A stretch of DNA of 64,000 nucleotides from Octopus sinensis (Eukaryota): assembly GCF_006345805.1 (NCBI RefSeq), contig NC_043001.1:69564001-69628000 (forward strand), given 5' to 3'. Below the pieces are notes generated by a model that was not told where the DNA came from, ran no database searches, and saw only the letters and a list, made by a program, of their open reading frames with translations. The translations under genes were made by a program, and so were the position numbers. How positions within the stretch are numbered: the stretch's first letter is position 1; each line of letters starts with the position of its first letter. Below are positions 13,049 through 26,595 of the stretch, one piece after another.

Positions 13049-13306
13049 TAGCCAGAGATAGAGATAAGTATATACATCTATACATACATGAATGAATACA
13101 TAACTGTGTGCTTATTTTATGTACAAATATATATTGTATTTCGATTATATGCTAGTAATTATGTAATGAATTAATACATGCATACTTATTTATGTATCTG
13201 CACATGCGAAAACTGAAGCTTTTGAAGTGTGTATATTGATCGTATACACACATACCTACGAACACACACACACATACACATATATATATACATATAAATA
13301 TTAACA

Positions 13307-13354
<48 letters not shown>

Positions 13355-14062
13355 ATGTATGTATGTATATACAAATATATATTCATGTAGTACATGTATG
13401 TATTGATTTTTTTGAAGACTCACTTATGTAAATTTTCTGATTTTTATGCACGCATACATCGTTGTTTCTCTATAAATATATGCGTATATATAATTTTACT
13501 TTGTGTATTTATAGAGTTTTAATATATATTCATGTCTACATCAAATAAAACAAAAAAATACTAAAGTTATTTACATTGTGGGTTATACTTTTATTTGATC
13601 GTATATCGTCATATGTTTCGTACTTCGACTTTGTTTGTGATATTTGCATCGTGTATGAATATATATTATAACTTATAAGCAGTAAACATGCTTGGCTCGC
13701 TGAATTCCGCATAGGATGAAACACTGTTTTCTTAGTTGGAAATTTGGAAGAAAAAAAGTATAAGATTACTGTCAATTTTTTGTTTCGTTCGCTTTTAGAT
13801 TTCCGTTTTTAAATCTCAAATATTTATATTTTGGATTAAAGTAAAGTAAAGTTGAGCATTATGAAAATCAATTACATCGCTGTGTAAAATAATTTAAAAT
13901 TAAGATTAATAAGTTTTTAGGAAGATTCTCTCCGAATTATTTTGGTCTAATACATGTAAAAGCAATTATTTTACTTCTTTAAATTTATATTCATCTTTTA
14001 TCTGTTTTAATCTTCAATTTTTTTTTTGAATTATATCATATGTACAAACTATAATATGTGTG

Positions 14063-14118
<56 letters not shown>

Positions 14119-14368
14119 CGGATGGATGTATATTAATGTTTGTACGCAAAATATAAGTAGGTAGTCAGAATTTTGGATAATTATTTATTTAGCACTTTCA
14201 TCTCGTTTCAGATATATGTGTGTGTGTGCGTGTGTATGTGTGTCATTTGTGTGTGTGTGTGTGTGTGCGTGTGTATAAAGCCCACTCTCTCACCCCCATT
14301 CTTTATGTATGTACATATATATATATATGTGTGCATAGGCCGTGTTTGTATGTACACATAGATATAAT

Positions 14369-14417
<49 letters not shown>

Positions 14418-15017
14418 CAAAGAGAGAGAAAAGATATTCTATAAAGATATCTAAAAATATATTCAATGATATCTATCAAATTCGCCTACATCTACACCGC
14501 TATAACTAACTACACACGCATAGATACAATATACCTTCAGCATATACCTGACCATAGAGTCATATCAGCATTCGAATAAGAGAGTAAGCAGGGGAAATGA
14601 TATTTAGATTAGAAATCATAGAATTTTCATAATATTACGTCATTTATGAACTTGCATCCTATTACGGATGAGTAAAAATAATTATTTTATATATTTCGGT
14701 ATGAATAAATTTACCTATATTGGCGGATGTAACGTTAATTAATGTACCTACACACAGATACTGGTATATCATTCCACCTACACACCCACACTCACATAAA
14801 CACACACATATATATACACATGCATACTTGCACGTATACATATATAGATAGATTGATAGATAGATAGATATATGGATACAGGCATAAATTTATGAATATA
14901 TATGCAGATAAATATGTGTGTATGTGTGTATGTATGTGTGTATATATATATACACGTATGTGTACATATACATATATACATGTATATATATATACACGTA
15001 TGTGTACATATACATAT

Positions 15018-15072
<55 letters not shown>

Positions 15073-15905
15073 ACATATATATTTATAATATGCGCCTATA
15101 TTCACACACACGCATGCATATATATGTTATTAAAATTGTAACGTTATCTCTCTAAGCTGTACTTCCGTTGTAGTTGTATTTGTTTTCCCTGTCTAAGTTC
15201 CCTATTTCCTACATTTATGGTGGTTATAGAAAGCTGTTGTGTGTTTAAGGCATCTGCCCTCAACCAAAAGATTAAAAAATCAAAATCCATGCGAATAGAA
15301 TAACATTTGCAGAGACATTACTTTGGTAGAGGTCTTATATCAAATCTATTTTGGGCTACCGAAACACTTATGCGAAGTTCAGTATCGTACGTTTCACATA
15401 ATAATACATTCTCTAATATGAAACAGTTCGTAAAAAGAAGTCAAGTAAAAGTAATAAAAGAAGTTCAACTTACGATAATAATTCAAATTGAAGTCAACAT
15501 ATTCTAAGTGTGTATATGGCCAATGGACTGAAATGAAATATTGGAGACTTTAAGATATATACGAAACATGGACAACGAGTAATAAACAGTTAATGAGAAG
15601 AAAAGTCACATTACGTAAATAAGTAATGTAGACAGATTTATGTGAAAATATTAAAGTTTTATTTATCTGATATACGTTATTTCCTCTTAAAACGTATATT
15701 GCGTTCTTGATTGAGAAAAAAGTCTATATATACTCTCAAGTGAGTTGATGGCTATTGTTTATACCACAACAACCATAGACCCGTTAGTTCTTACATCATA
15801 TGATACTTCGACTCAAACAATCCCGTTTTCATTTTCAGCATTGTGTGTCCACAACTCCACAACTATACTTAAGTTTGGCAGCTATCTTCATTACACCAAA
15901 TCGCC

Positions 15906-16353
<448 letters not shown>

Positions 16354-16879
16354 ATCCATATATATGTATATATATATATATATATAACTGAGAATGTGTG
16401 TGTGTCTGTCTGTCTGTATGTTTCTCTAAAACTTGAGAGCTACACTACCAATTTCATTCAAATTTTACACATGCCTTACTTAGAAAATGTTCAACTTCTT
16501 GCCTAGGGCGAGCCCATAGCAATATCATATTTTCTCCACTATTTCAGTATTACGTGTTAAAAGTGAAACGAAAACATTTCTCTATTTTATGTCAGATACT
16601 TTCATTTTAACAATAAAAATAATAATAACAATTGAATTATATGTAGTAAGTACTAATTAAAATCAAACTAAAGTATAATATAATCGTAACATAACAAAAG
16701 TAAAAACAGCAGTTGGTATAAAATTGCATCAATGACTTGAACTTGAATAAGTGGTTTCACATGAATGGGAATAAATTTAAAATAAAATTACCGTGCAGAA
16801 ATGGAATAGTCCAGATGTATAATAAAACGTTAAATTAAAGGAAAGTCTATTGTCTATAAAGTATACAATGTAGAGAAAA

Positions 16880-17160
16880 AAGAGGATTTGAACACATGGA
16901 GGAAAGCACCATCGAAAAGTGTCTTGGTGCGACTATGAAAGATATCTAACCAGAGGCGGTAAATTCGCCACAATAGAAGCAAGGTTCGAGTCAACGTGCG
17001 AGGGAGTTCTCGACTCGAACTTGCAAAGTGGAAAAATTTTATTTTTACCTTTTTATCTGGGACGAAGGACGTGCCGGATAAAAATCAAAAATGCCCCCCA
17101 CCCAGAAGTTGAGGTAGGCTGTATTGTAGCCACATTTCTATACATCGAAATTGCAAGAGA
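16880..17160 (+). pseudogene. Fragment of gag/ORF1-like protein, homologous to 37445-38362
   Basis: YLTRGGKFATIEARF...ILFLPFYLGRRTCRIKIK..EVEVGCIVA aligns by eye with YHTRGRMFATVQVRL...VILLPIYLGKRASRIRVE..EVDVAWLVA. Confidence 0.6.
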
Positions 17161-17419
17161 CGGGCTTACAATTCCAGTCTGTTATATATTTTGTGTATTG
17201 TTATCACTAGCGATATCAAAATATAACTTTGCATTTTGTATTTTATGTGTAGATGTATATATATAGATGTACATGTAATATGTACACATATATATATACA
17301 CATATATACATGTACTAGCACTATGACCCGGCAACGACGGGTCAAAATGCTAGTATATGTATATATATATATATATATACATATATACATATATACATAC
17401 ATATATATATATATATATA

Positions 17420-17803
17420 ATTTAATAAGGGTAGAAATTGATATTAATCAATTAAAACCAGTGGCCTAGCATATTAAAAAAAATCCGAAGCTTAAAATAT
17501 TTTTACATACAAAATTTAAAGGACTGACCTCTAAAAGTGGACGGTCAGCATGCTAGATATAGACGTCAAAAACGCTATTTTCCTCAAAGAATGCGTTCTC
17601 AAAAAAAAAAAAAAAATCAGCACAAACCAAAGCATTAAAAATAAGCAAGACAAATGAAAATATACGAAATAAAAATGATTACCTATGTCCCGATCAGTTT
17701 CGATTGTTAATATCTACGCATATGGTTACATGGAAATCTGCAATCTCATTAGCATAGTCTGTCATATTGAAATACAATTTGCAGGACTAGATACAAAAAC
17801 GTG

Positions 17804-17810
<7 letters not shown>
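17420..17810 (-). mobile_element. Repeat family X (putative pLTR) with degenerate hammerhead at 17683-17757
   Basis: Shares AATTAAAACCAGTGGCCTAGCATA, GTTCTCAA and AAGACAAATGAAAA blocks with 20290-20540 and 62960-63140; hammerhead-like fold on minus strand. Confidence 0.65.
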
Positions 17811-17849
<39 letters not shown>

Positions 17850-17894
17850 TATATATATACATCTATAAGTACATAGCTACATATACATGTATAT

Positions 17895-17995
17895 AAACAG
17901 GCATATATGTGTGTAGGACATCAAAAAACGTAGTAAAAAATGAGAAACGAGACAGGCAACATAAAGAACATTCCCTTCATCAGATGGCCTCCGTT
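17895..17995 (-). repeat. Repeat family Y copy
   Basis: Reverse complement CTGATGAAGGGAATGTTCTTTATGTTG...GATGTCCTACAC matches 60600-60790 and 61333-61510. Confidence 0.7.
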
Positions 17996-18004
17996 TTATC
18001 TACT

Positions 18005-18408
18005 CCCTGTTACTCTTTTATTTGCTTCAGTCATTTGACTACGACCATGCTGAAGCATTTACTCGGAGAAATCGACCTAACGACTTATTCTTTGTAAGCC
18101 TAGTATTGAATTTTTCGGTCCCTTTTGCCGAATCCCAAAGTTACGGGGATGTAAACACACCAGCATCGGGTGTCAATCGATCGTGGGGGAACAAACACAG
18201 ACACACAAACATGTACATACACACACAGACACACACATATATATACGCGACGGGCTTCTTTCAGTTTCTACCTAACAAATCCACTCACAAGGGTGTGGTC
18301 GGTACGTGGCTATAGTAGAAGGCACTTGCCCAAGGTGCCAAGCAGTGGGACTGAACATGAATCCATGTGGTTGGTAAACAAGCTACTTAGCACACAGACA
18401 CTACTGCG

Positions 18409-18410
<2 letters not shown>
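18005..18410 (-). mobile_element. Full-length tRNA-derived SINE (abundant octopus-type family)
   Basis: Head GGCGCAG..GTGTG..AAGTAGCTTG..CCAACCACATGG.TTC..GTTCAGTCCCACTG, core CACCTTGGGCAAGTG, central CA/TA tract, tail GACTGAAGCAAATAAAAGAG; homologs at 39345 and 59995. Confidence 0.88.
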
Positions 18411-18477
<67 letters not shown>

Positions 18478-18480
18478 ATA

Positions 18481-18603
<123 letters not shown>

Positions 18604-18932
18604 CTATATTATAATTCTGAAATGCAAAAAGTTTGTTTGTCTGGTTTTAGCATTAGCACGGGTTAAAGGCCACCAGATCCCGTCGGATTGACTCCAAAAT
18701 TTACACGGACATGCAAAATGAGATGCGCATGTTAGTGGGTTAGAAATCCCTATCTTAAAAGGTGTCGTTACAAGGGCAACAAACGCACATTTTGGCAAGT
18801 CTTGTCTCATTCCCTTATCTGCTTGTCTCCCTCCATCTCTTTCTCTTTCCTCCATTCCTTTCAATTTCTCTGTATAGCGTCGTTTGACAACGTATACTAT
18901 CATTCCCCCGTCGCCTTCGCCAGCGTTGTCAC

Positions 18933-18968
<36 letters not shown>

Positions 18969-19148
18969 GTCTGTCTGCATTCATAGAGAGAATTATCATC
19001 CCCACCACCACCACTTAATCATGAGAACAAATATTATGAATCAGATATTTATTGGGTTAATTTATATTGTGTTGTGTGTTTCTATATATAATATGAATAT
19101 ATAGAGTATATATATCTCTATATATATATATATATATAATATATATAG

Positions 19149-19183
<35 letters not shown>

Positions 19184-19363
19184 AGGGGTGGAATATAATT
19201 AATTTAATAAAATTAATAAATTTCACCTAGTAGTTTTTTTCGGTATGGAAATATATATATATATATAATCTATATACATTTGTATATATAATGCGTACAC
19301 ACACACATAAATATATATAATATGTATATATGCACATATATATATTTAATGCGTATATATATG

Positions 19364-19440
<77 letters not shown>

Positions 19441-20289
19441 GTGTGCATTATATTGTCGGTTGAGCTGAAAATTGCACACCTACGTTAATGTGCTGGCGAG
19501 TTTGCATGGCAACTATTTTTTTCCTCAAGTGAAAGGCGTGACCTCTAGGACAAAATTCCTCATCTTATAAAATGTTGCCCGAGTAGACCTGAATGAAATC
19601 GGGTTATATTAACCAAAATGGGAAAAGGTGTCTAAATGGGGCTAGAATGGGATTAAAATTTACAGGAGCGAGTGTTTAGGAATGCTCTGTTACATCAAGC
19701 TAAAAATGTTTTGAATGCTTGCCATGGTGAGTCTACTGTCGTGAGAAAGAATCACTTCAAAACTTGGTGTTTAGGAATTTTCTTTTACATCAAGTTCAAA
19801 ATTTTACGATAGCCGTTAAACTGCCACTACATTGCGGTCCGTCGTTAAGAAATGCCAACCATGGTGACTCTACTATCCTCAGATTCTATCCCTTCAAACT
19901 TTGGTTTCCAATATCTTTTTATTTTTATTCAGCTCGCAAGTTCGTCTGTCCCTTTTAAATGTTAGTGTTTTGCTGTCTGCTCTGAAGCAGACCTTTCCGT
20001 TGTCACTGCCTGATATTTTTGATTGATCTTTCAAAATATTTTTCTGTCTCAAATTACTCAAGATCTTTTGTTGTTTATAAATAGGAGAGAGATAGATAGA
20101 GAAAGATAGAGAGTAAGAGAAAGGGAGGGGGAGTCCGAGAGAAAGGAAGAATAATAGAGTGGGAAAGTGAGAGAGAAAGGAGAGAGAAACATAGAGGGAG
20201 AAGGTGGTGATAAAAAACAGAAAGGAAACAACAGAAAGTAACAACCACACTCTTACCCGCACGTAGAGCGAGTCACCTTAATCTAGTAT

Positions 20290-20700
20290 ATATATATATA
20301 TTGAGGGTAAAATATTATCAATTTAAACCAGTGGCCTAGCATACTGAAAAAGATCTGAAGATTCAGAAAATTATATTACATACATACAAGGGGAATGACC
20401 ACTAGGTGGATTCTTAATATGCTAAATGAAGACTCCATATCATCTGACCACTAAGAAAACTCGTTCTCAAGAAAATTCGGCAAACGCCAGAACGTAAAGT
20501 GACCAAGACAAATGAAAAGATACAAAATATAGTGATTAGTTATAGTATGTGACTAATCACTATATTTTCATTAGTCTTGCTCGCGTTATGTTCTGGCGTG
20601 TGCCGAATTTTCTTGAGAACAATTTTTCTTAGTTGTCATACCATATGGGGTCTACATTTAGCATATTAGAAATCCACCTAGTAGTCATTCCTCTCATATA
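20290..20700. repeat. Family X foldback: long imperfect hairpin (arms about 20380-20540 and 20552-20700)
   Basis: Perfect 17-bp inner stem AAAATATAGTGATTAGT/ACTAATCACTATATTTT around an 11-nt loop; outer arms clearly complementary. Confidence 0.85.
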
Positions 20701-22804
20701 TATATTATATACATTTTGTATATGCGTTTTGCTGGTTCCCCGAGTTAGCTTCATAGCAATGGGCTCGGTAGATTATCTGAAAGATCAGCTACGAATTCAG
20801 AATAGATCTGAGGCTTGTAATGGCCCAAAACGTTTGTACGGATGCTTTAATTGCTGAGCACAAAAGTGTCCCGACTTCATACGTAAAACCCTTTTAAAAA
20901 TCTCTTGTTCTTCATATGTTTCTCTACAATAATACTTTCTTATGATTATCATAGCCCCGCTAAATCAGAGAATCATTTTATTCTTATAGTTAGGGCCAAA
21001 AGTTACCAACACCGTCTGCGTATTGCAAATTGCTAGCACAATCTGATGATTTTACCTGATGCACGAAACATATATTAAAACCTCCAGACTTTGGATCACG
21101 CGGAGCAAAATGTTATTAAATGTATATTTCCTGAATTTCAATTGGAATCTTTACGAGAAAACCTTAGTGAATACGAGATGAACATAGTAAAAATTTTCAA
21201 GAGGACATTTATAAAAATATTACCAACACAAATGGAGACTGAGCTGGCTTGATTCCCCAGAAAAGCATGCCTGAGAGTAAATACAAAAGAAAATCAGATC
21301 AACAGTTGCGTATTCTTGATTGTTATTACATAAGCACTAGTCGATGGAGTAATTTTATCTTTGCATTTGTTTTAGTAAAAAAAATATGAGTCAAGTATTC
21401 TCATTCATTGTGCACGATATAATTTGCGTGCTTTCCCTTCTTTAATGAGTTAATATTCCGATATACATACTATTTCGTTATAGGACAGATCATCTGACAA
21501 TCAGTCAGCTTATATAAAGTCACATTAAGTTTCCTATTTGTCTGTTCGCCAAAGGGGTTCTTCCTTCGGGTAGAAGGAATTTTAAGATCACAAGTTGCCC
21601 TTGGCTTAAAGCTAGTTTATACGTAGTGATCGGCATGGTAGGCCTTATTCAGAAACTCTTGTGTCTAATAACGATAACAGTAATGAATCCGCTTTATAAT
21701 ATACATGATTTGAAGGAAATTGCCTATCTACTGACATCTTTTAATCGCCATTTTTTAGCTAATTTTCAATCTGTCTATTGTTCACCGTTTGTCCACTTAC
21801 ACAAACTTACATACATGACTTACATCCACCCACGCAGCACACATATTTATTGTACACAGGCACACACGTTTACATATAATCATAATCTCTAGCAAAATAT
21901 CCTCACATACACCGTCACACACTGCCGTACACACACATATATACGCACACACGCACATATATATATATACACACATATACACCTACACCAATACAAACGG
22001 AGTCATACTCCACACACTCTCAAACGTAAACACAAACACATACGAACACACACAGTTACACACACCCAGTCACGTACATAACACAACACATGGCTTCTCG
22101 AACCCACACCCTACTACTGTACACTGTACAGCTACTAAACTGCTACACACATGCACTCACATAAAACACATGAACACCTATACATCATCCCGCGCAACAC
22201 TCCGTTATGTACAAACAGATTACCTGCAACCCGCACACGTACACGGACACGCACGCGTAACAAGACATATACACATATACACTCCAATACAAATACATAC
22301 AAAAGTATCACATACACACACGCATACGCATGCCAAACACACATGTATACAATTTACATACAAACACACACAAGAATCACACACTAACACACAAAACACA
22401 ATGACTACTTTCGCACACTCCTTTCTTCAAAGATTCAAAGAGCATATTCCCTATTTCTCGCCAACATCCAGTCTGTTAACGACAATTGGCTTTTCTCTGG
22501 CCTATCAGCTTTTTCTGATCTTTTGCATTTTTATCCGACGAAATGACATACTCGAAACATCATTTCTGCTATTTTCCATCTAAAACTGTCACTGAGTGTT
22601 TATCTAATATATTCACTCTGTGGGTACAATTGACCTTCATTTCTAGTTTATTTCTGCTTAGCTCTCTCTTATATATATACATATACATGCATACATATAT
22701 ATAATATATATATAGGGAGAGTTTACGAAAAAAAAACAAAAGACGAAGACAGGTGGTGTACAAAACAAACAGATGTATTATTATAACGCTCAGGAATAGA
22801 AAAA

Positions 22805-22847
22805 GTCTTTTACGTTTCGAGCCTACGCTCTTCTACAGAAAGGGACA
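22805..22847 (-). ncRNA. Minimal type I hammerhead ribozyme motif (family P1, A6U variant)
   Basis: CUUU-CUGUAGA-A-GAGC guag GCUC-GAA-ACGU-A-AAAG; stem I CUUU/AAAG, palindromic stem III ACGU. Confidence 0.75.
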
Positions 22848-23769
22848 CAGAATAAACAAGGAAAGAAACAAGGAGAGAAAAAAATGTGTGTAGTGGCTAA
22901 CGATCTATCATGGCGACTAGTGCCGGAAAGAAGGGTCATACACGAGAAGGAAAGTAGGGGAGATAACAAGGTAAAGATGACCCCCAACACAAAGGTACGT
23001 GTGAGTATAAGAGAGTATGTATGTGCGTGTGATAGAGGGCTGGTGGTCTGGACGTGTGCGTGTATGTATGTGTAGGTGTGAAGATGTGGGGATGGGTGTG
23101 TGGGTGGTGAGTTGTGATGTGATGTGATGTGTAATGTCGTATGGTGTAGTATTGTGTGGTGTGATGTTGTTGGGAGGTGGGGGGCAAGAGTGGGGAAAGC
23201 AGAGGTGGGGGTGTCGATTCGGCTGGGGGTTGGAGTAGAGTAGGGGTTTGTGGGTAGGCAGAGGGTGGGAATATGGGGTGTGTGGGTGTGGGATAGGATG
23301 GGGGGATTGGATGGTGGATGGGAAGGATATGGGGAGGTGGTGTAGGGATGTGTAGAGGTGGGTGGGTTTATGGGGGGAGGGGAAGGTGGGTATGTGAGGA
23401 GAGAGAGGAGGAGATAAGAGAGAAAGAGAATAAGAGAGGATAGAAAAAGAGAGTAAGAGAGAAGAGAGAAGAGAGAAAGAGAGAAGAAAGAAAGAGAGTA
23501 AGAGGGAAAAGGGAACGAGGGGAGAGAAAGAGAGAAAGAGAGTAGGAGAGAAGAGAGTAAGAGAGAAGAGGGAAAGAGAGCAGGAGTGAAGAGAAGTAGG
23601 AGTTGGGACAAGAGAGGAGAGTTGGGTGTGAAGAAGGGGGAAGGGGGAGAGAGGAGAGACGGAGAGTGAGGAAGCAGAGAGAAGATAGAAAGAGAGTAAG
23701 GGAGAAGAGGGAAAGAGAGTAGGGGTGAAAAGATGTAGGAGTGAAGAGAAGGAGGAGTCGGGGAGGAGG

Positions 23770-24105
23770 TTAGATGAAGAGGGGAGGAGAGTTGAGCCCA
23801 AATGGCGTAAAAGAGTGAAGAGAGAATATTAATCCCTGTTCACGGCGCAAACGGGGGCCCGGATGGCCTCTGTGCAAGGACAATCCGAACACAGACACCT
23901 GTTGCAAGGAGTGACCGGTGGAGCGGGAATGGCGTGAGACTGGGGTGTCATTGCCGAGGCGGATGTTTCGAAGGTGTTCCGCGGACCGGTCAGCCAAGCG
24001 TTTGTCCGATGTTCAGGGAATGGCAGAGAGTGCAACAGATGCAATAGATGATATTGCTGGAGGTGCAGGTGAAGGAGTCGATGATGTGATAGAGAGAGAG
24101 AGAGA
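23770..24105 (-). pseudogene. PLE GIY-YIG endonuclease domain (frameshifted)
   Basis: FTCTSSNIIYCICCTLCHSLNIGQT / LADRSAEHLRNIR..PVSRH...RLRREQGLIFSLHSFTPFGLN. Confidence 0.85.
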
Positions 24106-24165
24106 CACTAATCCATTTTATCTTCCCTCTCTCTTTATTTTCTCTCTTTGCTTATTTCTGTTTTC

Positions 24166-24200
24166 CTTTCTGTTGAAGAGCTTAGGCTCGAAACGTAAAA
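24166..24200 (+). ncRNA. Minimal type I hammerhead ribozyme motif (family P1, A6U variant)
   Basis: UUU-CUGUUGA-A-GAGC uuag GCUC-GAA-ACGU-A-AAA. Confidence 0.7.
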
Positions 24201-24810
24201 CACTTTATCACTTTCCGAGCGTTAATCTTATACATCTGTTTGTTATTTACACACCCGTCTTCGTCTTTTGTTTTTTTTATTGTAAATTCAAACTATATAC
24301 ATATGTATATATATAACATATATCCATATATTATTGCAAATATGTATAACAATTTGCTTGTGTATACTGCCAAGAATTTAAAATGATCATAGAAAGTAAC
24401 ATTGAGCTTATGCACATATTTATTTCTTCATCACCCTAACTATTTATTGTTGGCCTGCCACCTTCTCCCCTTGTCAATTAGTCTGTTTCAAGCAGACACA
24501 TATCTGTGTGTCTTATAGAAGTGTTTGTTTCAATTGAAAATTTTTATATGTAGTTACATACAAGGTCTGAAGTGTAACAATGAGATAAGAAATATTGTCA
24601 GACGATGGTTGCGTCTAAATAATGGCTGCATGACTAAAAGTAATGTTTAGAAAATAACAGCAGCTACGAACAAAGCAAGTAATGAAAGATGCTATCTGAA
24701 TACAAATACATATGTACACACCCGCGTGTGTGTGTGTATGTGTGTGTATGTGTGTATATATGTGTTAATAGATTCGTGTTATATACATACATATACATAT
24801 ATAAGTATAT

Positions 24811-24844
<34 letters not shown>

Positions 24845-25100
24845 GTATTAATTTATAAAAATATGGTAAAGTAAAAAAAAAAAAAAAATTCACTTTACCA
24901 CACACCGAGCTTTTCAGAAATAGCAGCCAAAAATATGGCTATTTCTTCAACTGCAAATAAAAGTCTCCAGACAATGCATACTCAGAAAATGCATATATAT
25001 ATGCATATATATAATGCATATATAAGATGTATATATATATAAATATATATTTGTATATATTATATATGTATAATATAATATATATATAAATATATATATA

Positions 25101-25164
<64 letters not shown>

Positions 25165-26595
25165 TTATGTATGTATGTATGTATATATAAATATATAAAC
25201 GTAGGGGTAGCCATTACTTTAACATACGTATGGTGAATGATAACTTGTATTAGATATATATCATAGTGCAGTCACCAAAGTGCACTTACTGTACTGTGTC
25301 CATCAAGGGATGACTAGACAAACTGAATAGATGTCAGATGAAGATCTATTTGTTTAACCACTCACAGGCTTGCTGACTTCGTTCGCTCTTCATATACATT
25401 GAATATTCGGAAAATAACGAGATTATTATTTTCATTAACAGCAAAATACTAAAATGATGCAACGCAGATATAGGAATGGTGTTATAAAGTATACAAATTT
25501 CCATCACCGTTTTTCCAATATTTTAACAGTTAAGACTAACGAATTTTAATAGTTTTTACCACGCGTGCAACATTTTGGTGCTGAATTTTGTTTATATTGC
25601 CGAGTGAAGGACAAGATATAAAAATATGTTTGATAGTTTAAATCGTTTCGTAAAGAAAGCTTTAAAGTTTTTAATACATGCAGTGAAGGATAACTAAAAT
25701 TGAATCAACGCATTAGTTAATAGATTATGTTAGTATCGTTTCGGTGACGAGTTTAAAACATCATACCAACCATATACCACATTCAGCAGATCCAAGAAGT
25801 GCAATACTTGTTGAAATCAAAGAATAGATACGTTATGTAGGACTTAGTGTGCATGAGCGAAAATATACAAAACCACAGACAAAAGTCTAACCACAAACTA
25901 ATATTTGGAAAACAATGCAACTACACTACAATGATTAGAGAATAGTTTACGACATATCTACAAGCCACGTCACGTTGTTGAGAAAGAAATAGAGTTGTAT
26001 TTCTAAGTACAATAAAAGTTGTGACCATCAAGTTAACACTGTTATATAATATACACAAATATAAAGCCTTTCCTACGATGGTTATACACACACACACACA
26101 CACACATGCACACGCACACACGTCAACTCACTGTTAAAGTGCATGAAACCTGACTAGAATGGAAAACATTTGATAACGACAACCATGAATACGATTACCC
26201 TGCACAAAAGACAAATAAATAAACAAACAAAAAACAGAAAATGCATTTTGTAAATACTGCAAAACATGGCCTCGAAACCCACTATTAAATTTTAATTACA
26301 CAAGGCACGAGATTCTTACAAGATAAGCGTAACTAACTAATGAACGCATATAGAAAAGGAATTAAGGAAAAATATGGAAAATGAACTGCATAGCGTGTTC
26401 TGTATAACATCTATTTGCACGAACAGGAATATGTCCATACGCTCATACATATATACATACATACATACATACATACATACATTCATACATACATTCATAC
26501 ATACAAACATACATACATACATACATACATACATACATACATACATACATACATACATACATCCACAGGTGTGTGTATAACCACATTCACATATA

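Larger units (their letters stand above)
22715..24300 (-). mobile_element. 5'-truncated Penelope-like element (GIY-YIG + long purine/GT-rich 3' UTR + pLTR) with inverted pLTR at its 5' end
   Basis: GIY-YIG remnant at 23770-24105; pLTR at 22715-22900 (-); inverted pLTR at 24110-24300 (+). Confidence 0.85.

Noticed and set aside
22533-22565. CCGACGAA...CTCGAAACATCA hammerhead-like string
   Set aside because: Stems I and II do not pair convincingly; too decayed to call
22823-23801. Long S/L/P/H-rich minus-strand ORFs (262 and 294 aa)
   Set aside because: They arise from the stop-poor, purine/GT-rich PLE 3' UTR; low complexity and no domain motifs
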